The notes: generated by a model from the sequence alone, not told the origin. 64,000 nt of DNA from Verrucomicrobiota bacterium (GCA_047947115.1 CP170459.1:2336001-2400000), one strand, 5' to 3'. Positions 17,835 through 29,137 are shown, numbered from the stretch's first letter. Numbers and translations: made by a program.

Positions 17835-19305
17835 GAACGGTGTCAAAAGAGTGAAGCCAAATTTGCCGCCTGAAACCGGGTTCCTGCGATGTGTTTCAGT
17901 TGTCTGATTCGGTTCTTTTCAAGGGTTTCAAAATGATTAAAATGCTCTAAAACAGAGAATTTAGCCGGTTTTTGTGCGATTAAAGTTGACTCTAGCGCTC
18001 TGACCCCAAAAAATTTTCATGCCAAGAGCTCTATTAACTGATAATAAGATATTTACAGCATTCTTCAAGCCTTTATTTGACGCCTTGAATCGAGCTGTTC
18101 ACACTCGCCAATGTAATGAATTACCCGACCAGCATTGGCTTGAATTAGGAGTCACCCGAATTCTTATGGAATCCCCCAGCGGCCGGGGGTTTCTCCAGCA
18201 ATACGGCCCCCACTTTCAGAGTGATATTTCTGTGGGGCTTTATTTCGAATCTCTCAAAAGTAACCGACGCCTCCTTCTTGCCGATGAATTAAATGATAGT
18301 ATTTGCGCTAAAGCAGCCAAAGAACTTAATGACCCTCTTCAGGATTTTGAGGAACTAAAAAAATATGACATCTATGCCGCTGATGGCCATTGGCATGGTG
18401 CTTCGGCTCATGAAGTACGCAAGAATGAAAAGAAATGGGCTCCCGGTTACTTCTACGCCCTGAATCTGAGATCCCATGCAATCAAGTTGCTGGATACAGC
18501 CGATGAGGTTCATCGTAAGCATGAGCATGACATGCGAGCCCTCAAAAGGATGGGTATCGAAACACTCAGGCAGGGTGCCAAGACGGGACGCAAAGTTCTC
18601 TATGTGTATGACTCTGCGTCCATCGATTTCAATGAGTGGGATTGGTGGAAATCACGAGGTGGAATTTATTTCGTTTCCCGCATGAAAGACGGAACTGCCT
18701 ATGAATGTCTGGATGAACTGGAAGTCGATCATGAAAATGGTATCAATCACGGAATCACGTCCGATGAAAAAATCATAGTCAATAACCAGAGCATTCTTCG
18801 ACGAATCGTATGTGTCGATCCGCAAACTGGGAAGGAACACGTTTTGATCACCAACCAATTGACGATTTCGCCAGGTTTGTTAGCACAGCTCTATCGGATG
18901 CGTTGGGATATTGAGAAGGTATTCGATGAGTTTAAAAATACACTTCAGGAGAAAAAGGCATGGGCCGGATCAGTCCGGGCCAAGAAGATTCAAGCCAACT
19001 TTCTTTGCCTGGCACATAACCTCTGTCTCTTGATGGAGCATGATTTGGAAAAGGATTACGGAGTGAGCAACGAAGCAGAAATTCGTCGACGTCAAATTCG
19101 CTTTGAAGCAATGAAAAACGCTGCCAAAGAAGCCGGGAGAAAATGGTCAACGGTGTACGAATGCGTCCAGCGCTACTCCAAGCGAAGCGTAAAGTTTATC
19201 CGGTGCTTGAGATCATTTTTCTTTTTAGAAAAGCCCCTAATTGACATGGCGGCTCATCTCATCCGTTTATATGCGAAGTTATGATTGACTTTTTTGACAC
19301 CGTTC
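17835..19305 (+). mobile_element. IS4-family insertion sequence, 1471 bp
   Basis: Terminal inverted repeats GAACGGTGTCAAAAGAGTGAA / GAACGGTGTCAAAAAAGTCAA; target duplication GGTTTCAA at 17827-17834 and 19306-19313. Confidence 0.93.
18019..19284 (+). CDS. IS4-family DDE transposase
   Basis: AADG, VYD, LITN and YRMRWDIEKVFDEFK (YREK motif). Confidence 0.92.
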   Translation: MPRALLTDNKIFTAFFKPLFDALNRAVHTRQCNELPDQHWLELGVTRILMESPSGRGFLQQYGPHFQSDISVGLYFESLKSNRRLLLADELNDSICAKAAKELNDPLQDFEELKKYDIYAADGHWHGASAHEVRKNEKKWAPGYFYALNLRSHAIKLLDTADEVHRKHEHDMRALKRMGIETLRQGAKTGRKVLYVYDSASIDFNEWDWWKSRGGIYFVSRMKDGTAYECLDELEVDHENGINHGITSDEKIIVNNQSILRRIVCVDPQTGKEHVLITNQLTISPGLLAQLYRMRWDIEKVFDEFKNTLQEKKAWAGSVRAKKIQANFLCLAHNLCLLMEHDLEKDYGVSNEAEIRRRQIRFEAMKNAAKEAGRKWSTVYECVQRYSKRSVKFIRCLRSFFFLEKPLIDMAAHLIRLYAKL

Positions 19306-20133
19306 GGTTTCAAGTGCACGGTTTTGTTTGGGCAAACCGAGGAAGGTTTGATCAAACCAGGTTCTTCCCTGGTGCCGGGGATTGATGCGATTGAAGATGC
19401 CGATATGCTTTTTCTCTTCATGCGCTTCCTGGCTCCAGACGATGATTGGATGGCGAAGTTTGAAGGATACCTGGATCGTGGAGGACCACTTCTGGGGCTT
19501 CGCACCACCACCCATGCATTCAATGGCATTCAAGGCAAATACGCACATTATAACTATCAGGGAACGGAAGATTATGTAGGCGGATTTGGACGACAGATTT
19601 TGGGTGAGACCTGGAATCCCAAGTTGGGAGCGGGGCATTATGGTCGGAATCACACCTACGCAACAGCGATGCATGTGGTGCCCGAACAAGTGAACCATCC
19701 CATCATGCGCGGAGTCAAAGACATGCATGCCATGGCAGGTGCCTACTCGGCGGTGCCGATGCCGGATTCCGTTATACTGGCGACTAATCAGGTGCTTTCT
19801 TCCATGGAAGTTGGAGCCAAACCTCTCGAGAATAAACCCCCACAGCCTGCTGCCTGGGTGAGAAACTATACTTCAAAATCCGGCAAGAAGGGACGCGTCT
19901 TTTGCACCACTCAGGGAGCATCGGAGGACATTCTCAGCGAGGGGGTGCGCCGTATGATTGTTAACGCAACCTTATGGTGCATGGGGATGGAAGATGTGAT
20001 CAAAGCCGACGCGGATGTTTCTTTTGTCGGTCCCTACAATCCAAGCACCTTCAGCTTTAAACCTTCCATCACCGACGCAAAACCCAGCGATATCGAGGGT
20101 TGGGATTCGCCCATCTTGAAACCCAAGAAATAG

Positions 20134-21719
20134 CCGCCTACGCCTACGTCGAAGCCAAGGTGACCATCGACGGTGTTACCTTTCCACGGGTGGGTATTCG
20201 CAAAAAGGGTTTCATCGGGTCCTTGAGCCGTACGCGACCCTCTCTGAAGATCAAACTCGATTTCATCGATGAGGAAGGAAATATCGATGGATTGAACAAC
20301 TTGACCTTCAACAACAATCAGCAGGACGTCAGTCAGATGAGTCAGTTCATCGGGTATTCCTTGTTCAACGCAGCCGGATCACCTGCTCCTAGAAGCGCCC
20401 TGGCCAAAGTGAGGGTGAATGGAAGGAATCTCGGTGTCTATTCGCATGTTGAGAGCGTTAAAAAGCCCATGATCAAACGCGTTTTTGGGAACAGCGATGG
20501 CACTTTGTATGAAGGTACGGTGGTTGATTTCTATGAGGATTGGGAAGGGAGTTTTGAACTTAAATTTGGAGATGACACTGCTGGTCGCGGACACATTGTG
20601 AAAGTGATTCAGGCTCTCAACGGAGGGGAAGGGGATGTTATTCTCGGGCAGGGTGCGGTCGGTCGAGCCTGGGTGCCGACAAGTGAGCGGCACGACCGGG
20701 AGTGGTTCAAACCGGATTTTGATGATTCCCAATGGCAGATGGGACAAAACGGCGCGGGGTATGACCGGGAGGAGAGTTTCAAACCTTATATTGGAGACGG
20801 ATTTGATTTCGAACACCAGTTGTACGGAAAAACGGCGTCGGTTTATGTTCGGTTTCCTTTTGAACTGGTGAATCTCGATGCGATTCATGCAGCGGAAAAA
20901 TTTCTGCTTCGCATAAGGTGTGACGACGGATTCGTGGCCTACCTCAATGGATTTGAAGTGGCGCGCTCCAATGCACCTTCACAACCCAATTGGTCCTCAC
21001 GTGCCAAAAAAAGTGGCGATGACAGGCAGTCCATGAAGTTTGCTCCCTATGATTTATCCGATCACTGGGACCGACTCAAATACGGGCGAAACGTCCTTGC
21101 CATCCATGGATTGAACCATAGCAAAGATAGTTCGGACATGTTGGTGATGGCTGAATTGCAGACGAGTGATTTCAAATTTGAAGAGGAAATCTGGAACCTG
21201 ATAGATGAGGAAAGTTTCTACACGTTTTGGGCGATGGAAGGTTTGCTCAGCTTTTGGGATGGGTATTCGGGTAATCATAACAACTTCTTCATCTACTTGA
21301 ATCCCGAGACCAACAAGTTTTATTTCCTGCCCTGGGGTGCGGATGCCATGTTTGAGAAATACAGTCCATTGGGTGTGGATCGAAGGTCGCCAAGATCTGT
21401 TCGGACGATAGGTATTCTGGCGTACAAGTTATATCAAATTCCGGAGGTTCGAAAAAAATATACCGCCAGGATGAAACAATTGCTGAATGAACATTGGGAT
21501 GAAGAAAAGCTCTTGGCGGAAACCCGGCGGATTGAGAAAATGGTGGACCCGCATGTTTCCGGTTCACAGCGAGGATGGTTCTTTGACCGCAAGGTGGACT
21601 ACGAGTCGATTCGTGAATTCATACGAGAACGCCGTGGCGACATCGAAAGGGAAACCTCCGGAGAGGACATGCCCATCTGGGATACACCTCCTAAACTACC
21701 GACCATCCTTGGGCGATGA
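20134..21719 (+). pseudogene. CotH-like kinase family protein with inserted beta-sandwich domain, apparently 5'-truncated
   Basis: VGIRKKG, RPSLKI, NLTFNNNQQD, WDGY..NHNNF.IY and PWGAD motifs. Homology-like sequence (YAYVEAKVTIDG) starts 5 nt after the upstream stop, with no signal peptide or ATG. Confidence 0.7.
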
Positions 21720-21967
21720 TTGGCGGGATTCTGTATCAAGCCTTTCCAATGTGGTTATCCGTACCGCTCCCCTGGGGGGGCTACGCGATGGACGCAGATA
21801 TAGAAATCTCACTCTCCGTTCATCTCATCCTGTATATCCTGTTCCTCTCGCAGATCCCGCGACTGCGGTGGCTGTCTAAAAACAAAAGGGGCCACATTCT
21901 GGCGAATGCCGCCACTTTCGTATACAAATGCTTGAAAAATGCGGCGCTCTGAAGTCACTATTCATTC

Positions 21968-23161
21968 ATGAAGCATACACCCCTCATCCTGTCTCTATGC
22001 GTCTTCGTATGGAATGCGATTCCTCAAGGTAATGCGGCCTCTCCGCTCAAATGGCGGGTTCAGCAACTCCACAAAGATAACAACGAAGGCCTTGCTGTCG
22101 GGGATATCGATGGTGATGGAAAGTTGGATGTTACTTCCGGTGAATTTTGGTATCAGGCTCCGAATTTCAAACAACGAAAACTCCGCGAGATCCTGCCCTT
22201 TGGCGCCGATTACATGCAGAATAATTCCGAGCATTTGATGGATGTGGACGGTGACGGTGATCTGGATGTGATATCGGGAGGTTTCACGCTGATGAATGTC
22301 GATTGGTTTGAGAATCCGGGAGCGGGCAACTACGACAGAGGACTCTGGACGGTTCATCAGCTCGTCGATACCGGAACCGGGCACAACGAAGCGACCTTTC
22401 TCCATGACATTGACGGAGATGGAACTCCAGAATACATTGAAAACTCCTGGAACCCTCAAAATCCCATGCAGATATTCCGTTTGGTGAGGGGCTCTGATGG
22501 CAAAATGTCGGCTGAAAAACATGTGGTGTCCGAGGTGGCAAATCGCATGAGCAATGGACATGGACTCGGTTTCGGAGATTTAAATGGAGATGGCAAGCAG
22601 GACTTGATATACCAGCACGGTTGGTATGAACAACCTGAAGCCGGACCCTTTGCCGGTGCCTGGATTTATCATCACGATTTTGATCTGCCTCATGCCAGTT
22701 GTCCGATTCTCATTGTAGATCTGAACCGGGACGGACACAGCGACATCATCTGGTCCGACGGTCACAGCTACGGTCTCTACTGGCATGAACAACTTGAGCC
22801 TCAATCAAACGGGGGCACCACCTGGCGGCAACACCTCATCGATAAAAGATTTTCACAAGGCCATTCACTTGCCTGGGAGGACATTGATAACGATGGTCAA
22901 CCCGAATTGATCACCGGTAAACGATATTATGCCCATTCCGGAAATGATTCCGGCGCTCACGATGATATCACGGTTCAATATTACAACTGGATTCCGCAAA
23001 ACCAGACTTGGACCAAGCACCTCATTTCAACCGCACCGGCCGGTAAGGGACCGGGGATTGGACTCCAGATTCGTGTTCATGATCTCGACGGTAATGGTTG
23101 GAAAGATGTGATCGTCCCAGGAAAAAGCGGTACGCACATTCTTTGGAATAAAGGAAAGTGA
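21968..23161 (+). CDS. secreted FG-GAP/VCBS repeat beta-propeller protein
   Basis: Seven DxDGDGxxD-type repeats; signal peptide. Confidence 0.9.
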   Translation: MKHTPLILSLCVFVWNAIPQGNAASPLKWRVQQLHKDNNEGLAVGDIDGDGKLDVTSGEFWYQAPNFKQRKLREILPFGADYMQNNSEHLMDVDGDGDLDVISGGFTLMNVDWFENPGAGNYDRGLWTVHQLVDTGTGHNEATFLHDIDGDGTPEYIENSWNPQNPMQIFRLVRGSDGKMSAEKHVVSEVANRMSNGHGLGFGDLNGDGKQDLIYQHGWYEQPEAGPFAGAWIYHHDFDLPHASCPILIVDLNRDGHSDIIWSDGHSYGLYWHEQLEPQSNGGTTWRQHLIDKRFSQGHSLAWEDIDNDGQPELITGKRYYAHSGNDSGAHDDITVQYYNWIPQNQTWTKHLISTAPAGKGPGIGLQIRVHDLDGNGWKDVIVPGKSGTHILWNKGK

Positions 23162-23359
23162 CATCCTTACGGCACAGTCACGATCGCCAGAGTGTGGCCG
23201 ATTTTATCTGGGTATTCATTTGAACCGGCAATCTTTTGATTTCAGCAGTCAGATTATCCTGAGTGATGCACGTAATGCATGTGAACTCAGTGAGAGCATT
23301 TTTTGACAATTGATTCTGATTTGATTGCTTTTGGTTATTTGATACAAGCCATTCATACC

Positions 23360-24859
23360 ATGAGCAAAATCACACGACGAAGGTTTATTACGGCGACCTC
23401 TTCATTGGCGCTTTTGCCATCCATAAACGGACAGGAATCCGAAGCTCTGACCGGTTACAGCCCGGGTAATGTCCTGAGCAAAATTGATGGATTGGATCTC
23501 CTGAATCTTTGGGGGAAACAGCCGGAGCACAATCAGCAGCTTTATAGTTTGATCGAGGCGGTCCTGTCGAAATCGACTCGGAACACGTTTGCCGATGTCA
23601 GCCGGGATCCAAAAGTGCTGCAGTTTTGTGAGCGGCATCGGATTCACCACCTCGGGGGCCCCATGTTGGGGTGTGTCACAACATCCGGAGCCAAGGTGTG
23701 GGTTCGAACCGTCAAGCCTTCCAACGTCGAGGTGCGTTTGAAAAAAGATGGGAAAGAAACGACCTACGGTCCGGTTCGGAGCAGCGAGGAAAGTGATCTT
23801 GTGGCTTGTGTTCCAGTGACCGGTCTTCAAGCGGGAACTTCCTATGGTTACCGGGTGTTTGTGGACGGTTCTTCAGTTTCCATTCCTCGAGATGCGAGCA
23901 TTACAACGGTACCGAACACAAATCGGTTGCGCCTGGCCTTCGGGACCTGTCCGCATCGCTGGGGCCTTGGCAACATGCAACAGGCCAGTAGAATTCTCAG
24001 CCGGAAACCTTCGGCGCTGCTGATGTATGGCGATCTTGGTGCGCAGGACAAAAATAATCATGTTGGCAAACATCGATGTGATTATCAGATCCGCGATTTT
24101 TACCCCGCTTGGCAAACTTTATCCGCCTCCATGCCCACTTATGCGACGTGGGATGATCACGACTATTTCGACAATGATCGGGCAGGGATTCCAAAAGGGT
24201 ATACAGATGACGATCGCAAGGCGGTGCGAACCGTGTTTAGTCAGGCTTGGAACAATCCAAGTTATGGCTTTAACGATGATCGAGGCGGTGTTTTCCTGCG
24301 CACGCGATTTGGTCCGTGCGATGTGATCATGCTCGATAACCGCTATTTCCGGACCGGAGAAGAACACGCTTTTCTGGGGAACGCTCAAATGGAGTGGCTC
24401 AAGGAACAATTGCTCGACTGCAAAGGGTCATTCATTTTGATCACGTGTGGGACGATGTGGACCGATCACGTCAGCAAAGGCAAGGATTCCTGGGGGCGAA
24501 CCGATCCTGAAGGTCGTGAACAATTGTTTCAGTTCATTGAAAAGCACCGCATCCCAGGTGTGCTTTTGCTTTCAGGGGATCGTCATGGGGCATGTGGATT
24601 TCGGATTCCACGCAAATCCGGGCATACGTTTTATGAAATTGAAGCCGCCACTCTGGGCGGGAGGAGTGGTCCAGCAGCCAGCGCTGCCGGTCACCCTGAT
24701 GTCTTGTATGCTTTCTCAGGGAAGTATGCTTATGGTGAGCTTAACTTCGACGCCACCAACGCGGACCCGACGGTTCATTACCGCCTGATTCATGAAAGCG
24801 GTGTCACATTGTATGAGTTGAAATTGACCCGAAGCCAACTAACTCCTCCAGCGTCGTAG
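23360..24859 (+). CDS. phoD: alkaline phosphatase D family protein, Tat-exported
   Basis: TRRRF Tat motif, WDDHDY, LDNRYFR, LGNAQMEWL, DSW and LSGDRH motifs. Confidence 0.88.
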   Translation: MSKITRRRFITATSSLALLPSINGQESEALTGYSPGNVLSKIDGLDLLNLWGKQPEHNQQLYSLIEAVLSKSTRNTFADVSRDPKVLQFCERHRIHHLGGPMLGCVTTSGAKVWVRTVKPSNVEVRLKKDGKETTYGPVRSSEESDLVACVPVTGLQAGTSYGYRVFVDGSSVSIPRDASITTVPNTNRLRLAFGTCPHRWGLGNMQQASRILSRKPSALLMYGDLGAQDKNNHVGKHRCDYQIRDFYPAWQTLSASMPTYATWDDHDYFDNDRAGIPKGYTDDDRKAVRTVFSQAWNNPSYGFNDDRGGVFLRTRFGPCDVIMLDNRYFRTGEEHAFLGNAQMEWLKEQLLDCKGSFILITCGTMWTDHVSKGKDSWGRTDPEGREQLFQFIEKHRIPGVLLLSGDRHGACGFRIPRKSGHTFYEIEAATLGGRSGPAASAAGHPDVLYAFSGKYAYGELNFDATNADPTVHYRLIHESGVTLYELKLTRSQLTPPAS

Positions 24860-24872
24860 AAAGATGGGACAA

Positions 24873-25000
24873 GTAGCCGCCTTCGCCAGAAGGTGGAACA
24901 GCGTTTGCTTTGCGCAGTGGGGTGGGTTGGTTTTGAAAATGGGAGTCCACGTTTTTGCAAACGCGGCTACGTGGGTGTAGCCGCCTTCGCCAGAAGGTGG
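24873..25000. repeat. REP cluster left of RAYT (A+, B-, A+)
   Basis: Type A GTAGCCGCCTTCGCCAGAAGGTGG at 24873 and 24977; inverted type B at 24947-24970. Confidence 0.9.
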
Positions 25001-25009
25001 ATGCGTTCT

Positions 25010-25540
25010 TCAAAGTTTTGAATAATAAATCTTCCAAAACCGTTCCCAGTAATCTTCATCCCTCAATGATACTTCTGGGTAACCCGGAATCATCGAATTC
25101 AGGAAAGTCCACTGATTCCAACATTCTACCAAACCCTTTCTGACTGGATTGTTCAGGACATAGGCTGCCACTTTTTGAAACGCATCTTTTTCGCGATCGT
25201 TGGGGCGTAGGACGTTGTCATAGGCTTGTTTTTGCCATGCATATCCATGCTTGCGGAGATGGGCATTGGTGTGTTTTCTCAGAAAACGGACCAGTAACTT
25301 TTGATCACAAGATTCATCCCAGCCAAGTAACAACAAATGCACATGGTCCGGCATAAGACAATAAGCAGGACAGGCGGCGCCGTATCTTCCAAGTGCGTGG
25401 AGGAGAACTTCTCGAAACCAGTTGTGGAAAGCAGCGTTCAGCCAGCCGGTTTTTCGGTGTTGCATGGAAAAATTCCAATGAACGAATGCGGGGCCTTGAT
25501 ATGCAGAGTTTGTTAAACGTGGGAGATTAGAATGTTTCAT
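25010..25540 (-). CDS. REP-associated tyrosine transposase (RAYT, HUH Y1 family)
   Basis: MPDHVHLL (HUH), WQKQAYD and YVLNNPVRKGL (catalytic Tyr). Flanked on both sides by GTAG palindromes. Start 25540 or 25561. Confidence 0.9.
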   Translation of the reverse strand: MKHSNLPRLTNSAYQGPAFVHWNFSMQHRKTGWLNAAFHNWFREVLLHALGRYGAACPAYCLMPDHVHLLLLGWDESCDQKLLVRFLRKHTNAHLRKHGYAWQKQAYDNVLRPNDREKDAFQKVAAYVLNNPVRKGLVECWNQWTFLNSMIPGYPEVSLRDEDYWERFWKIYYSKL

Positions 25541-25600
25541 TCCGTATCTCACGTGCGGCATGGTAGATTGAGTTGAATGAATTTGCAAGGTTTTGGGAGT

Positions 25601-25936
25601 CCACGCTTTTGCAAGCACGGCTACGTTGGTGTAGCCGCCTTCGCCAGAAGGTGCAATAGCGTGTCCTTTGCGCGGAGGAGTGGGCTGAGTTTGAAAATGG
25701 GAGTCCACGTTTTTGCAAACGCGGTTACGTGGGTGTAGCCGCCTTCGCGAGAAGGTGGAACTGCGTGTGCTTTGCGCGGAGGGGTGGGTTGGTTTTGAAA
25801 ATGGGAGTCCACGCTTTTGCAAGCGCGGCTACGTGGGTGTAGCCGCCTTCGCAAGAAGGTGGAATTGCGTTTGATTTGCGCGGAGGGGTGGGTTGGTTTT
25901 GAAAATGGGAGTCCACGCTTTTGCAAGCGCGGCTAC
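25601..25936. repeat. REP cluster right of RAYT, 104-bp tandem units of inverted A/B pairs
   Basis: B- at 25601, 25705, 25809 and 25913; A+ at 25631, 25735 and 25839; conserved linkers. Confidence 0.92.
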
Positions 25937-25957
25937 TGTTTTTCCGGTGAGCTATAC

Positions 25958-27145
25958 TCAATCGGCCTGCTTGTTCAACAGCCATTGGGGATGGATGCGA
26001 TAGTGTGCAATGCCTTTTCCATTCTCGGATTTTACGCTGCAGGAGACGTGGATCCATCCGTCATGCGTTTCAATCATGGAGGGGTATGAACCGTCCGATC
26101 GTTTTGAGATGACTCTTTTGTAAGCCCAGGTCGTTCCTTCGTTCAAGGAGAGAGCGATGGAAAGTTTCTCACGGCGTTCATCGGAATCATTGAATACCAT
26201 CACCCATCCCTCGGTATGTTTCAGGCGCAATACTTGCAGGCTGGCGCTGGGGTTGGGGATCTCGGTTTCCTGCAGGGCACTCCAGGTTTCACCCTGGTCC
26301 TTCGAAATGGATTGCTGGACCCGGTAAGGAGGGCGCCCGGTTTCGCGCAGGTAAGCGACGAGATCGCCGTTTTTCCTTTCAACGACCGACGGTTGGATGC
26401 CGGCGATACCGACCATGGGACCACTGGCGTGCCAGGTTTCCCCTTCGTCATCGGATAGTGCTGCCAGTCCCATGTTGTAACCATCGTTGTACAATGGCAG
26501 GAGGAGTCTTCCCGAAGAGAGCTTCACTGGATGATTGCGTGTCATCCATCCTTCCCGGCGTTTGACAGGATCTTTTGCTGCTTCGGTGATGAGCTGGTCA
26601 TAAGGACGAGCATACTCCGCCCACATGGATTCATCGAAACCGGTTGCTTGAAACCCACTGGCGACACGCTCCGGAAAGTCCGAACCGGGCTTGAGGAGGA
26701 TGATGTCCTGCCAGTTCCAATGAGGTGTCCCTTCTGCAAGGTAATCCTCGGAACGACGGTATTTAAGCACACTCGTTTCCCAGCGATTCGCGCGCACCAC
26801 GATCCACATCAGCCACAAGCGCTCTTTGGCGTCCAGAAATAAAATTGGATTACAATCGGGGAAGCCGGGTGTGTCTGCCATCAAGAATGGTTTACCCCAA
26901 GTTTCTGCGCCTTGGCGTAAGCGTGCGCCCATAATGCGAACGTCATCGGCTGTTCGTTCACCTGAGCCCTGGAACCAACAAGCGAGGAGATCTCCATTGG
27001 GTAATTCCACAAGACTGCTGGCATGGGCGTGTTCGGACTGCCAATTTAGGATCAAGAGTTCCTGAGGCCAGGAGGAATCTTCTCCCCAGGTGTTCAAAGC
27101 GCAATACATCAAGATCGAGGCAATATAAAATGTCATCAATCGCAT
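25958..27145 (-). CDS. BNR/Asp-box sialidase-like protein
   Basis: HAHASSLVELPNGDLL, CNP, and Asp boxes SDDEGETW, SKDQGETW and SLNEGTTW. Confidence 0.88.
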   Translation of the reverse strand: MRLMTFYIASILMYCALNTWGEDSSWPQELLILNWQSEHAHASSLVELPNGDLLACWFQGSGERTADDVRIMGARLRQGAETWGKPFLMADTPGFPDCNPILFLDAKERLWLMWIVVRANRWETSVLKYRRSEDYLAEGTPHWNWQDIILLKPGSDFPERVASGFQATGFDESMWAEYARPYDQLITEAAKDPVKRREGWMTRNHPVKLSSGRLLLPLYNDGYNMGLAALSDDEGETWHASGPMVGIAGIQPSVVERKNGDLVAYLRETGRPPYRVQQSISKDQGETWSALQETEIPNPSASLQVLRLKHTEGWVMVFNDSDERREKLSIALSLNEGTTWAYKRVISKRSDGSYPSMIETHDGWIHVSCSVKSENGKGIAHYRIHPQWLLNKQAD

Positions 27146-27323
27146 GCGTCCAGCATGCCTGGGGCTATGAATAATGCAAGATTACCCGTGGTTGTCTTGC
27201 CCTGGTCTTGGTTTCCCGATTGAGACGCACCCGGTAAAATCATGTGGGTAATTGATCCATTACGATACCCCGGTATCTGGATGTTGCTGGTATTCGGGGG
27301 AATCTTCAGTTAGGCTTTTTTCG

Positions 27324-29024
27324 ATGAATCTTTATGACAAAGGTGTTCGATCAGGTGTGTCGGCTTTTATCATTGCAATCGGGATATTCGGGTGTTTGCC
27401 AAATGATGCACTTGGAGATGATCTTGAGACCTCCATTGACGCGTTGTTGAGCCGGTTTGATCGTTCGGATGCACCGGGCCTGGCGGTAGGGGTGGTCAAG
27501 GAGGGGGGGATTCTTTATGCCAAAGGCTGGGGGATGGCTGATTTGGAACACGCCATTCCGCTGACCCCGGATTCGGTTTTCGATATCGCCTCGGTTTCCA
27601 AACAATTCGCAGGACTGGCAATCGCCATGCTGGAGGATGAGGGGAAGCTCATGATCACCGATCCAATCAGGGATCATGTGAGTGGACTTCCGGAGGTGTT
27701 TGCACCGGTTCAATTGCTTCATTTATTGCATCACACGAGTGGAATCCGCGATTGGCCGGGGGCATTGGTGTTGGGAGGGTGCAGGTTTGATGATGTGATC
27801 ACGTTTCAGGACATCCTGGCTTTGGCAAGGCGTCAGGAAGCCTTGAGTTTTGTTCCCGGTGAAATGTATTCCTATTCCAATACGGGTTACAATCTGTTGG
27901 CTCGAACTGTTGAGACGGTGACGGGCACGGATTTTTCGGATTGGATGCAGGCCCGAGTGTTTCTCCCCCTTGAAATGACCAGCACACACTTTTACAAAGA
28001 TCATAACGCAGTGGTTGAAAACCGTGTTCGCTCCTATACCGGATCCTTTGACGGTCCGTTTCAGAACGTGGGAGATCAATTGACAGCATTGGGTTCGAGC
28101 TCGCTTTATTCAAGCGTCAACGATCTGCTGAAATGGATCATCCATTTTGATCAACCCACGATTACTGCTGCATCCGTAATCGATAAAATCATGACACCGG
28201 GTCGATTGAACAGCGGTCAATCGGCTCAGTACGGCTACGGACTGGGTGTCGGGCATTTTCGGGGGGCATTACGCATTTCACACAGCGGTGGGTGGGCCGG
28301 GTTTCGAACCTATCTTTTATACTATCCTCGTTTCAATATCGGAGTCGTCGTGCTGAGTAACTGGGGAGGCGCGAACGTGTCGGAATTGGCGGATCAGGTG
28401 GCTGCTGAAGTGGTGCAAGGTCAATGGCCTTCACCATCGAATGATCCCGTTGATGAGGCCGTGGTGGGGGCAGGCTAACGGTTGGATGTGCAAACCAACT
28501 GGTTGGGTGACTATTTTATCAACAACAATCCCTCATCGAAGGTGAAATTGTTCAGGCGGAACGGGCGCTTATGGGTTCAATTGCCGAATGACCATGGTTA
28601 TTCGTTAAAGACTGGAGCTTATGATGTCTTTTACAGTGCTGATCGCAGCATTAAAATTCTTGGGAGTCAGGGTCCCAACGGCTGGCCGCGTTCCTTATGG
28701 GTGAAAACACCTGATTGGACAGGAACGGCAAAGGAAGGGCCTGTTCAGGCTTTTGAGGACGGGGAGGGGGAGACGTATGAGGGGGTGTATGAGTCCAGTG
28801 AATTGTTGACAAATTATCACGTTCAATTTGAAGAGGGAGAACTTGTTGTCCGGCATCATCGTCATGATCCCGTGCGGTTGTCTCGGTTTGGGAAAGATCG
28901 TTTTACGTCGGGTACCTGGTATTGGAGTCGGGTTGATTTTGACCGGGACTTTCAAGGAGAGGTTACGGCCTTGAGAGTGTCGCAAAGCCGCAACCGAAAC
29001 ATGTTGTTTCGCAAGGTTAGGTGA
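27324..29024 (+). pseudogene. serine hydrolase (beta-lactamase class C-like) with C-terminal domains, split by one in-frame TAA
   Basis: SVSK, YSN and HSGG motifs in 27324-28478. The ORF at 28482-29024 is in the same frame after TAA 28476-28478. Confidence 0.75.
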
Positions 29025-29137
29025 ACATTCCTTCGTCTTAAGACGTTCACGCCCGCTGCGCATGAGGCGCAGGGGCGTGAAGGCTTGATCGAGATTTTAT
29101 TTGGGTAATCGTCACAGCTCAATAGTAGCTGCAGACT

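Larger units (their letters stand above)
17611..20133 (+). pseudogene. secreted ThuA-like (class I GATase-fold) protein interrupted by an IS
   Basis: N part 17611-17834 (signal peptide, GKGKHILFIASDHEYR...KRYGFK) rejoins in frame with CTVLF... after 19313 when the IS and one target duplication are removed. Confidence 0.9.

Noticed and set aside
21716..21952. 78-aa ORF after CotH
   Set aside because: It runs through two repeat elements and has no recognisable features.
25562..26089. ORFs 25527-25718, 25621-25926, 25725-26057, 25817-26089 and the long N-extension of the RAYT
   Set aside because: They are translations of the REP array.
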